From: Octopus bimaculoides
Lineage: Eukaryota
NCBI RefSeq assembly: GCF_001194135.2
Contig: NC_068995.1
Coordinates: forward strand, 44,960,054 to 45,012,717
Direction of reading: 5' to 3'
DNA: 52,664 bases
Shown: positions 38,145 to 49,467 of the stretch, in pieces
How positions within the stretch are numbered: position 1 is the first letter of the stretch
Layout: each line of letters starts with the position of its first letter
Notes under the pieces: generated by a model
The model's input: only the letters and a program-made list of their open reading frames with translations
Told to the model about the DNA's origin: nothing
Databases searched by the model: none
Translations under genes and position numbers: made by a program

Positions 38145-39277
38145 CTGAAACAACAACAACAACAACAATTAGATGCTCTGATTTAGTTTATGCTTTCCTT
38201 TGGAGTTTGGCAAAAACCATGAAATCCTTATAACTTTGTTCTTTGTTGACTGAAAGTGATAAAAATTTGTTAATAATGATTCCAGTAATTTCATTTGTTT
38301 CCCACCTGGGCAAAGAATGAGAGGGGTAATACAGAACGGACATAAAGTTTGGGAGTTTACATATAATGAAATAATAATATAAATAAACAAAAATAAAAGG
38401 CAGGGTAAGTATACATGATATACGATGAAGAGGAAGGGAAATATACATAATGAAGGTACCCCACTGTCCAAGGTCTCCCTGATCACCAAGGGCAAGTGCC
38501 CTCTCCAATTCCCTTTCTCCAACTCATAGATCTAGACTTAGAGAGGTACCAATAACTCACTCAAGGACTGCACTTCCCTCTCCACTAGCCAGAAACCTTT
38601 TCTGCTCTGGCCTTTCTTTCTCTCATACTTTAAACTCCTCATCTCCTTGCATAAAGCTACCACCTTCAGGATTCATGTTCATGCAGGCTGCATGGTGACC
38701 TCACTAGTGCTGGTGCCACATAAAAAGTACCCAGCACATTCTGTAAAGTGGTTGGCATTAGGAAGGGCATCCAACTGTACAAACCATTCCATAGTATATC
38801 ATGGTATCACACTATTGACCAGACTATAGGATGTTATACATCACTGGTCACAGTGTGCTTTGCATTGTTTTACCTTTTGAATGATGCCACCCTGCTGACC
38901 AGGCGACAGGCCAACATTACCCCTGATTGAAAGGCTGTCCATTGCAGAGTTACTCTTTTACAGTTGAGTGGACTGGAGCAATGTGAAATGAAATGATTTG
39001 CTCAAGAACACAATGTGCCACCTGGTTCAGGAATTGAACCTGCGATCTAGTAATTGTAAGTGCAAAACCCTAACCACTAGGCCACATGCCTTCACCATGC
39101 TATAGTATATAGTCATTTGGTTATTTGATTAAGTCTTGGAGTGAAACATATTTTCTCTTTCTGTCTTTGTTCTTGAAAAGGGTTGAAATAGAGAGGAGCA
39201 GAGATTGTCATAGTAGTGGTAGAAAGAGTGAAAGAGTACCTGCCCACACATGATAACGGATATTAATGTGAACTTAC

Positions 39278-39382
39278 GTTGTCCTTAATGGTCACATCAG
39301 CTCCAAGTAGCTTCAATAGATGTGAAATTTCTGAGGTGTCTTCAAATAATACATAGCTGTAATGTAATGCGGTACGGCCATG
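39278..39382 (-). CDS. Ankyrin-repeat protein exon (HGRTALHYSYVLFEDTSEISHLLKLLGADVTIKDN)
   Basis: Not in the ORF track; translated by hand. Acceptor ttttttgttgttcag, donor GTAAGT; 105 nt, phase 0/0; a complete ANK repeat (GRTALHY...LGADVTIKD). Confidence 0.92.
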
Positions 39383-40083
39383 CTGAACAACAAAAAAAAA
39401 AAAGGTAGAAGAAAAAGAAAGGTAGAAAAAGAAAAGAGAAAAACCTCATAAAATATCAATGTTCGTGTGAATATTAACCCTTTAGCATTCAGATTACTCT
39501 GTGAAGTATGAATCTCATTTTAACACAAGGCCAGCAATTTCAGGGGAGGGGTTAAGTCAATTACATCGACCCCAGTGTCCAACTGGTATTTATTTTATTA
39601 ACCCTGAAAGGATGAAAGGCAAAGTTGACCTTGGCAGAATTTGAACTCGGATTGCTAAGCGTTTTACCCAGTGTGCTAATGCTTCTGCCAGCTTCCCGCC
39701 TTAAGAAAAGTTTCCTGCAGGCAGCTACGGGGATCAAACCCCATTCATCTCAGATACTGGCCGAGTGCTTTACCATTAAGCCAAACGTCCCCTGCTTACC
39801 CTTTTAAAAATTTTTTTGTCATATAAGGGATTTTAAACCTATGTTATAATTAAGCTATTATTTTCAGTTGAATATACTTTGGACAAAGAGGAGATATTAT
39901 CTAATTTTTAAACAGATGAGGATTGATGAGAGGAAGGACACCAGGTGATAGAAACATCTTTTCCTATAAAATTCCATCTGATCCATAGAACAGTGGTTGT
40001 TAAAATGATGATGATGATGAAAAAGTATAAATCAATAAATCTGTATCAATAATCAATAAATAGAGAGGTTATTTTCATCTTAC

Positions 40084-40281
40084 ACTATCTGCTTCATTGA
40101 CAAGTATGGGATATTCTGTGATGAGATATTCTGCTACAGATTTCTGTTGATGCAAAAGAGCATAAAGAAGCACCGATCTGCCGCACTTGTCTCTTCGCAA
40201 TGTTGACTTTTTCTTCATTAATTTCTTCACATTTTGCAAATCACCTTCTTTGATATATTGGTATATCTTATCATCTTCTTC
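40084..40281 (-). CDS. Ankyrin-repeat protein exon (EEDDKIYQYIKEGDLQNVKKLM...GRSVLLYALLHQQKSVAEYLITEYPILVNEADS)
   Basis: Acceptor tatttttactgaag, donor GTAAGA; 198 nt, phase 0/0; ANK consensus. Confidence 0.92.
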
Positions 40282-40784
40282 CTTCAGTAAAAATACAAGA
40301 ATAGGAAAATGGTAGCTAATAGTTGGTACCACGGTATATTGCAGTCTGTTTTGTACAGATTGTAATACATAAGAGAGAGAGAGGAAACTTCAATCAATGA
40401 CATCAACCACAGTGTATTACTGGTATTTTAATTATCTACCCCCATCTCCTTCCGTGGGGTGAAGTTGGGGTGAGAAGGAGTATAGCGTTAGGATATTAAA
40501 TACTTCAAGACGGTTTCTGTGTCACTTCATAGTGATTCTACATTTTAAAAAGACTAAACCATTATTTGAAAATAGAAGACAAGACAGTCATGGCTGGAAT
40601 GTCATTGATCACAGATCTCTCTGGATCAGATATGACCTAGAGTTATACAACAAAAGCAACAACTTCAATAACAACCACTAAAACTCATAGACCACCTCTC
40701 TGAGGATTGAGTTCTTAAAACCTAATACGAAATGGTAAGAAATCAGAGTAAAAGATAAAAATCAGAGAGACCAGAATATCATAC

Positions 40785-41216
40785 CTGCCACAATGGTGCC
40801 AACATTAATATTTCGCATATATCATAAATGTGTAAACTTCTGGAAATGTCCATAAGTGAGTTTCCTTCACTATCACGGAACAGGAGTATGTCTTGGTATG
40901 ATCTTAGAATCATCTTTTGTAAGATTTCTTTCTTGCCTTTCCTGATTAAGTCCAGGATATGTTGGTCAATGACAACAACGTATAACTGTTTGTTGAGTTT
41001 CTTGGCAAAATCCCTCACTGTTCTTCCTTTGTTGTCTCGCAGAGATACATCTAATCCAAAGTGGAGCAGTGTTTGAATCAGTTCTATGGGTTTATCCCTT
41101 GCTATAGCTTCGTAAATTATTGTTTGGCCGTGCTGGTTGCGTAGCGACAAGTTACAGTCTTTTAGGACACGGATGATGATTTTGTGGTCTTGTGGCGCAT
41201 CCGAGGAACATATTAA
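40785..41216 (-). CDS. Ankyrin-repeat protein exon (LICSSDAPQ...GQTIIYEAIA...LLHFGLDVSLRDNKGRTVRDFA...APLWQ)
   Basis: Acceptor gttactttcccag, donor GTATGA; 432 nt, phase 0/0; clear ANK consensus (GQTxxxxA...LLxxGxDxxxRDxxGRT). Confidence 0.93.
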
Positions 41217-41567
41217 CTGGGAAAGTAACATGGAGGAGATGAATAAAAAAGTATGTATGTATAGAAAAAAAGAAAATGAAATATATGAGGGGAAACATTG
41301 CATAATATGGAATGACCAAAACAAGAACAAGGAAAATGATGAAGATGATGATGATGATGTTGATGAGGATTATGATGATGATGCTGATGCTGTAGGCACA
41401 AGGCCTGGAATTTTTTGGGTAGAGAGCTAGGCAGTTATATTGACCTCGGTGTTCAACTAATACACATTTTATTGACCCTGAAAGGGTGAAAAGCAAAGTT
41501 AACCTTGGTGGAATTTGAACTCAGAATGCAAAGATGGCTGAAATGCTGCTAAGCATCTCATTCTAAT

Positions 41568-41607
41568 GAGACCCTATAAGGGATCTAATGATCCCTTATA
41601 GGGTCTC
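41568..41607. other. Perfect 18-bp-stem hairpin with 4-nt loop
   Basis: gagaccctataagggatc-taat-gatcccttatagggtctc. Confidence 0.95.
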
Positions 41608-42167
41608 TGAGGCTGTGGGAAGGAGGGAAAAGGTATCCTTTAAGTAGATACCAAGCCTGAATGCTTGCAACACAGTGGTCTTTGCTAAAAGCCTCCAAGG
41701 TATCAGATGGTGAAGTTAAATTATGCAGTGGACTGAATTTACTGTCCAAATAGGTCATAACAAGATTTGAACTCAACACTCAAACAACCAGAACAAATAC
41801 TAGAAGGCACCTGGGCCAATGTTCTTACAGTTACACCTGTTCATTGCCTTGTTTTGATACTTTCTTTTATCAACCCTGAAAAGAAGTGCCAAGTTCACAT
41901 CGTCTGGAATTGAACCCAGATTGCAGAGAGTTGGAACAGATACTGTGAAATATTTAGTCCGACACTCTAATGACTCAGCTAATTTACTCTGCCAAATCAG
42001 ATTGGAGCCTGGTGTAGCCATCTGGTTCACTAGTCCTCAGTCAAATCGTCCAACCCATGCTAGCATGGACAGCGGATGTTAAATGATGATGATGATGATG
42101 ATATATATATGTGTGTGTTTGTGTTTGTCCCCCCAACATCGCTTGACAACCGATGCTGGTGTGTTTA

Positions 42168-42218
42168 TGTCCCCGTAACTTAGCGGTTCTTTTGCTGAAC
42201 CGCTAAGTTACGGGGACA
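42168..42218. other. Perfect 22-bp-stem hairpin inside a SINE copy
   Basis: tgtccccgtaacttagcggttc-ttttgct-gaaccgctaagttacggggaca. Confidence 0.95.
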
Positions 42219-42357
42219 CTGATAGAATAAGTACTAGGCTTACAAAGAATAAGTCCTGGGGCCAATTTGCTCGACTAAAGGCGGTGCTTCAGCATGGCCA
42301 CAGTCAAATGACTGAAACAAGTAAAAGAGTAAAGAGTAATCATTGGAATATACTTAC

Positions 42358-42572
42358 ATAAAAAAATAGGGGTCTCAACAGCCCTTTGTCCTTTACTTCA
42401 GAGTTGTACAGTCTATGAACATCGACCTTCAACTCCATCAGTAGGTTGACCATTGCATAATTATTCGTCTCCCAAATTTCAGCAATCAAAGGTTTGCCAA
42501 CATCTTTGCTATCGTTACGGTCTGTTGAGCGTGACTTGTCACAGGTATTCACATCTATGTTCTCCATCAAAT
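42358..42572 (-). CDS. Ankyrin-repeat protein exon (H-LMENIDVNTCDK...GLLRPLFFY)
   Basis: Acceptor atctcattag, donor GTAAGT; 215 nt, phase 1/0; ANK-like segments NIDVNTCD and NLLMELKVDV. Confidence 0.9.
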
Positions 42573-44556
42573 CTAATGAGATATTTCAAACATAGAAAAT
42601 AACAGTAACAACAACACCACCACCACCAGGTTGTTTATGGAAGACCAGGAGTCACCCATGCATACCAGCCTCCCCTCCACATACCACCGATGTTATCCAA
42701 GGGAAAAGCAAAGCTGATACAGCTTGGAACCAGTGACGTCGCAACTCATTTCTACAGCTGAGTGAACTGGAGTAACATTAAGTAAAGTGCCTTGCTCAAG
42801 AACACAACACACAGCTCGGTCTGGGAATCGAACTCACTACCTCATGACTGTGAGCCCAACGCTCTAACTCCTGAACTATGTGCCCTCATATAATATGCCT
42901 TTATTTACCTTAGTACTGGACAAAGTTTAAAATTATCTTAATTTCATTAAACATGGCTATTTTCCTGTCTTTATTCAGTTCACACATCCCTTCTTTTGTT
43001 AACGACAAACACTGGCCCAATGGATAGAGTGGCAGTCAAGAGTTCAACGGTTCAAGTACGGTTAAAGCATTGGCTGTTTACTATAATGAATTCCCAAATA
43101 GCTCAGTCTATCTAATTGTAAATGGGTACCAAAATCTATTACTACTGCTGGAAAAATTGACTTCTAGAAGATAGTAGTGCAGAACTTCTGTACAGCGTCA
43201 TAAAAAAGCATGTCGACATGGATGTTCCTCTGAACCTCAGGAAGTAAAAAATCGCGTGATGAATGCAGTCACCCACTCGCCTTGCATTGTTGGGTAAAAT
43301 GGTATAGTTTTTTTACTGCCAGGGTATGAAAATGGCAATGTGAAGTGTCATACATCATCTAGGTGAAATGAATAACTAAACCTTGTAATTCAAGGTAGAC
43401 AACTGTTGTTATCAGGAGCAGATAACTATTTATAAGCCAGGGGAGATAACTACTTTTTCCTAGCGAGTTTCTTAAAAAAGAAAATATTTCATGGAAGTAA
43501 AAAAAAACCTTAATAAAATTTTATTGAAGAATGTGAAGTTTCATGTAAGTTCTGTATAAAAATATACTATTCATGAAGCAGAATATTATAATTGTTAAGT
43601 GTTAATAATTTAAAATTTCATTGGGTGTCTGAATTGAAAAAAATAAAACGGTTCAACACACTTGCATACATACACGGAACATACCTGCACATAGCATGCA
43701 TATGCACACACACACACACACACACACACAAAGATTTAGTCTAGCACGATTGTAGGTCACAGTAGAATTTGAACTCAGAGCACAAACAGCCAGAATAAAT
43801 ATCAGAAGGCATCTAGTCTAACAATCTAATGTCTCTCCTGTCAACCGCCTTTGGTCGATACTTTCTTGTCTTTCTGGCACTACGTTGATTATGATAATGA
43901 GTTTTCCAGTTAAAATTAACTTGAAATTAATGGGCAATTGGTTTTCTTCCTCTGTTATTGTGTGGAAGTCTCCCTAAAATACAATGGGGCCTGTATGATT
44001 GTAGGATACTGTAAGTGGTGGGTGGAAGAATATGGAGGATAATATTGCAATGCAATGAATGGTAAAACTGACATTCTGTCGGTTATGATGACGAGTGTTC
44101 CAGCCTTTTCATGAAATTAATATGCAAGTGGCTGAGCACTCCACAGACATGTGTACCCTCAGTATAGTTCTCAGGGAGATTCAGCATAACACAGAGTGTG
44201 ACAAGGCTGGCCCTTTGAATTACAGGTACTACTCATTTTTGCCAGCTGAGGAGACTGGAGCAATTATGAAATAAAGTGTCTTGTTCAAAGACACAACATG
44301 CTGCTGGGAATTGAACTCATGACCTTATAATTATAAGCCAAATACTCTAACTACTCGGCCACACACTTCCACTTTTATTGCCCCTCAGGGACAAACGGCT
44401 AAGCCTACTTAACAAGGCTTTAAACCCAGAATGCCAGAAGATAGAATGAATACTGCCATTGTTTAATTAATGTTTCTTTCTCTTTGATGTTTGTGTTAAA
44501 CTATATCTGTGGTAGAATATATTTGTTGTGTTATGTGTTTAATTAACGTGTCTTAC

Positions 44557-44799
44557 GTTTTGAGATCCAGCTCTTGATAATCAATGGTCTTCCGCTGAGA
44601 CAGGCCAAAGAGAATTCTATTGTATTTTCATATTTCTCCATCAGGCGTTGGCAGTGAATGTGGTAGGGATTCTGTTGGGCCATAACACGAAGATTCACTA
44701 TTTTGCCATTCTTCATGATTGTTACCCGACACCAGGACTGTAAGAGCAGTTCCACTTGTCTAACATTTGGTTTTACCGTTAACATGGCCTGCCACAAAC
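44557..44799 (-). CDS. Ankyrin-repeat protein exon (G-LWQAMLTVKPNVRQ...PLIIKSWISK)
   Basis: Acceptor ttttctgttttgcag, donor GTAAGA; 243 nt, phase 1/1, completes a Gly codon with the upstream exon. Confidence 0.9.
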
Positions 44800-45156
44800 C
44801 TGCAAAACAGAAAAAGCAATAAATGACAAATAAAAAAAAATACATCATAAAAAACAAACTTGGAGTCTGCGTATATTAACAAGCAATTAATTTATTAATT
44901 TGAGTAAGCAATGTATCACTTGAAAGTTTCATAGGAGTGGCTAGGAAGATTCTGATTCAAAAATTTTTGTGCTATTTTCAGGATAATGAATATTCTCTTG
45001 GATTTTGATAACCATATTATCCAAATATATATATAAAACAATATGTGTGTGTGTGTGGCTGTGTGGTAAGTAACTTGCTTACCAACCACATGGTTTTGGG
45101 TTCAGTCCCACTGCATGGCACCGAAACAATAATAATCTAGTTTTCACATAGACATA

Positions 45157-45545
45157 GGAGTGGCTGTGTGGTAAGTAGCTTGCTTACCAACCACATGGTT
45201 TCAGGTTCAGTCCCACTGCATGGCACCTTGGGCAAGTGTCTTCTACTATAACCTCGGGTTGATCAAAGCCTTGCGAGTGGATTTGGTAGACGGAAACTGA
45301 AAGAAGCCTGCTGTATAGATATATATGTATATGTTTGTGTGTCTGTGTCACCCCCAACATCGCGTGACAACTGATGCTGGTGTGTTTACGTCTTTGTAAC
45401 TTAGCGGTTCAGCAAAAGAAACCGATAGAATACATACTAGGCTCACAAAGAATAAATCCTGGGCTCAATTTGCTCGACTAAAGGTAGTGTTCCAGCATGG
45501 CCGCATTCAAATGACTGGAACAAATAAAAGAATAAAAGAATATAT
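45157..45545 (+). mobile_element. Full-length tRNA-head SINE with internal microsatellite (most abundant family in the window)
   Basis: Head aggagtggctgtgtgg...ggttcagtccc (A/B-box-like), internal (TA/TG)n, tail gactggaacaaataaaagaataaaagaa; related copies at about 194-357, 2810-3305, 11090-12700, 15510-15830, 32740-33050, 47550-48095 and 51380-51685. Confidence 0.88.
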
Positions 45546-45580
45546 CCATGTATATATATATATATATGTATGCATGTATT

Positions 45581-45618
<38 letters not shown>

Positions 45619-47238
45619 ACGGGCTTCTTTTTAGTTTCTGTCTACCAAATCCACTCACAAGGCTTTGGTCTGTCTGAGGCTATAGTAGAAGACACTTGTC
45701 CAAGGTACCACGCAGTGGGACTGAACCTGGAAACATGTGGTTGATAACAAAGCTACTTACCATATACAGATATCTATACATATAAATTTGACATGGGCAA
45801 TTCTTTCTTGTCTTGGGATTCACGGTCCAACGGCTGGGTGGAATTCCGCGAAAAATTACGCAGATGTGTAGAATGATCCGGTGGTGATGCTGNNNNNNNN
45901 NNNNNNNNNNNNNNNNNNNNNNNNNNNNNNNNNNNNNNNNNNNNNNNNNNNNNNNNNNNNNNNNNNNNNNNNNNNNNNNNNNNNNNNNNNNNNNNNNNNN
46001 NNNNNNNNNNNNNNNNNNNNNNNNNNNNNNNNNNNNNNNNNNNNNNNNNNNNNNNNNNNNNNNNNNNNNNNNNNNNNNNNNNNNNNNNNNNNNNNNNNNN
46101 NNNNNNNNNNNNNNNNNNNNNNNNNNNNNNNNNNNNNNNNNNNNNNNNNNNNNNNNNNNNNNNNNNNNNNNNNNNNNNNNNNNNNNNNNNNNNNNNNNNN
46201 NNNNNNNNNNNNNNNNNNNNNNNNNNNNNNNNNNNNNNNNNNNNNNNNNNNNNNNNNNNNNNNNNNNNNNNNNNNNNNNNNNNNNNNNNNNNNNNNNNNN
46301 NNNNNNNNNNNNNNNNNNNNNNNNNNNNNNNNNNNNNNNNNNNNNNNNNNNNNNNNNNNNNNNNNNNNNNNNNNNNNNNNNNNNNNNNNNNNNNNNNNNN
46401 NNNNNNNNNNNNNNNNNNNNNNNNNNNNNNNNNNNNNNNNNNNNNNNNNNNNNNNNNNNNNNNNNNNNNNNNNNNNNNNNNNNNNNNNNNNNNNNNNNNN
46501 NNNNNNNNNNNNNNNNNNNNNNNNNNNNNNNNNNNNNNNNNNNNNNNNNNNNNNNNNNNNNNNNNNNNNNNNNNNNNNNNNNNNNNNNNNNNNNNNNNNN
46601 NNNNNNNNNNNNNNNNNNNNNNNNNNNNNNNNNNNNNNNNNNNNNNNNNNNNNNNNNNNNNNNNNNNNNNNNNNNNNNNNNNNNNNNNNNNNNNNNNNNN
46701 NNNNNNNNNNNNNNNNNNNNNNNNNNNNNNNNNNNNNNNNNNNNNNNNNNNNNNNNNNNNNNNNNNNNNNNNNNNNNNNNNNNNNNNNNNNNNNNNNNNN
46801 NNNNNNNNNNNNNNNNNNNNNNNNNNNNNNNNNATATATATAGGTACAGGCACGACTGTCTGGTGAGAACTTTGCTTTCCAATCACTTGGTTCCAGGTTC
46901 AATCCCACTGCATTGCACCTTCTACTATAGCCTTGGGCCAACCAAAGTTTTGTGAGTGGATTTAGTACACATAATATAATATATGTGTGTGTAATTTATA
47001 TATATATATATATATATATACATACATGTGTGTGTGTGTGTGTATAGGTAATCAAATGGGGAAAGGAATGAAAATATTGATATTCCTGTGCTAGGAAAAA
47101 GAAAGAGAAAAGGGTCCTTCTATTGATATAATGAAAAACGTTATACAATACAGGATTGCCATGCAGAAATATAAATGAATTTTTTTGAGACTAAAACATT
47201 TTAAAGTGCTCAGCTCTTGTAGTTCTTCCAATATTTAC

Positions 47239-47357
47239 CTGGTTTGAATTTGTTATACCATAATAACATTTCCTGCCATCCTTCTGGTTTTGTTTCCAAG
47301 AGAATTTCTTCGGCTGTCTTATTGTCATTGTTACGAATCTCAGGATCAATTCCACAT
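47239..47357 (-). CDS. Ankyrin-repeat protein, first exon visible in window (CGIDPEIRNNDNKTAEEILLETKPEGWQEMLLWYNKFKP-G)
   Basis: Pyrimidine-rich acceptor (tttcctttcatgttttag) and GTAAAT donor; 119 nt, phase 2 in and phase 1 out; DPEIRNNDNKTA resembles the end of an ANK repeat; joins in frame to the next exon. The ORF track gives a different frame here. Confidence 0.85.
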
Positions 47358-47549
47358 CTAAAACATGAAAGGAAACAGAAATTAAAGAGACATGAGAAAA
47401 ATGTTCCATCAACCTTTTTGCATTTAAAGCGGCCATATCGGGCCGAAATATTCTACCTGTTAAGACTGACGACATCTAACCTCTCAGAACAACCCTGCAA
47501 TGTCATTCTAGAAATAAACAATTACTTCATCAAAATCTCAAAGCTACAT

Positions 47550-47896
47550 GTTCTTTTACTTGTTTCAGTCATTTGAATGTGGCCATGGTGGAACACTGCC
47601 TTGAATGGTCTTAGTGGAACAAATCGACTGCGGGACTTATTTTTTTAAGCCTAGTACTTATTCTATTGGTCTATTTTGCTGAACTGCTAGGTTACAGGGA
47701 TGTAAACATACCAACACCAGCTGTCAAGTGGTGCTGGAGCACTGCCTTTAGTCGAGCAAATCGACCCCAGGACTTAATCTTTGTAAGCCTAGTACTTATG
47801 CTATCGGTCTCTTTTGCTGAACTGCTAAGTTATGGGGACGTAAACACACCACCATCGATTGTCAAGCGATGTTGGGGGACAAACATAGACACACAA

Positions 47897-47927
<31 letters not shown>

Positions 47928-48095
47928 CATATATACGATGGGCTTCTTTCAGTTTCTGTCTACCAAATCCACTCACAAGGCTTTGGTCGGCCCGAGGCTA
48001 TAGTAGAAGACACTTGCCCAAGATGCCACGCAGTGGGAATGAACCCAGAACCATGTGGTTAGTAAGCAAGCTACTTACCATACAGCCACTCCTGC
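47550..48095 (-). mobile_element. Same tRNA-head SINE, reverse orientation, with duplicated 3' half
   Basis: Reverse complement of the 45157-45545 family; the cctagtacttat...gaactgcta block occurs twice. Confidence 0.85.
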
Positions 48096-48350
48096 TCATT
48101 GTTTAACACTCGCCTTCCATGCTGGGATGGGTGGGACTGTTTGACAGGAGCTGGCCAAGCAGAAGCCTGCACCAAACTTAAAGGATATTTCTAGGTGTGT
48201 GATGTCTATTAAACAATATATCATCTATTAAACTGAGAGTTAGTGATGTATCGAATACTGAATTTAGCTCAAGTGATGTATCAACTGTTGCATCAATGAC
48301 AGTTGAAATGTATGTATGCTTACATATGTACGCATGAATGTATGTATGTA

Positions 48351-48425
<75 letters not shown>

Positions 48426-48849
48426 ATATGTATGTATGTATATATGTATGTATGCATATATATATGTATGTATGCATATATATATGTTTAGATATGTATA
48501 TATACATATGTATGTATGTGTGTGTGTGTGTTTAGATATGTATGTATATACATAGGTATGTATCCGTATCACCTGTCGCTTACTTATGTCATCAATGATT
48601 TGGGATAATATGCAGAGTCAGCCAGGTGTACAAGCTTTCTCAGTTTTCAATGACATTGTGGAAAATACTCTTAATTACACCTGCACACGTTATATCCCAC
48701 CTTCACCATTTCTGCTTCATCATTGCATTTGTATATTTGCATGCAAGTTTCACAATTTCACAATTCAACAGCATTGCACAGGATTTGCATGCACTTATGC
48801 GTGTGTGCATATATGCATACATATATATATATAATATGTATATATAATT

Positions 48850-48894
<45 letters not shown>

Positions 48895-48983
48895 ATATTT
48901 AGATCTCTACCAAATATTTGGTAAAAATATTGTACCTGTTATCAACGTAGCAAAATTCTCATATGAAAGGTTGTTTATCATAC

Positions 48984-49089
48984 AATTTTGTGTGCATATC
49001 AATTTAAATAAGAGCTATAACGCGATCCATCGTAAAAACTTGTTAATGATGGATTGCGTTATAGCTCTTATTTAAATTGATATGCACAC

Positions 49090-49095
<6 letters not shown>
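48984..49095. other. Near-perfect hairpin: 48-bp arms, 16-nt loop
   Basis: 48984-49031 equals the reverse complement of 49048-49095 with a single G/T mismatch. Confidence 0.95.
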
Positions 49096-49124
<29 letters not shown>

Positions 49125-49125
<1 letters not shown>

Positions 49126-49370
49126 AAATTCATTTGTTTGGTACAAAAAATACTCCTCCAGTACTGTTCTGATCTCATCTATAGAATTCATATTTTTTCC
49201 ATCCAAATGATTTTGAAGACTGCAGAATAAATGATAATCAGATGGGGCAATGTTTGGCGAATATAGTGGGTGGGGCATCGTTTCCCATTCAAACTGCTCC
49301 AGCCTTTGGAATGTCATCCTTGCTGTATGTGGCCAAGCATTATCCTGATGGAAGAACACCTTTTGCCTTG
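49125..49370 (-). mobile_element. Mariner transposase C-terminal fragment (DD34D-type region)
   Basis: FHQDNAWPH...HPLYSPNIAPSDYHLF matches the mariner HDNARPH and YSPDLAPSD motifs; truncated by (TA)n. Confidence 0.9.
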
Positions 49371-49467
49371 AAACTAAAGATGGTCACAGTAGATCTCCTT
49401 TGTTAGCGTTTTGTTTGGGTTTAAAACTAAACAAAGATGTCAAATAAAAAATAATGATCGTTTATAA

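Noticed and set aside
48580-48800. Minus-strand GTAAGC donor region as an ankyrin upstream exon
   Set aside because: All three frames contain nearby stops and the phase is incompatible.
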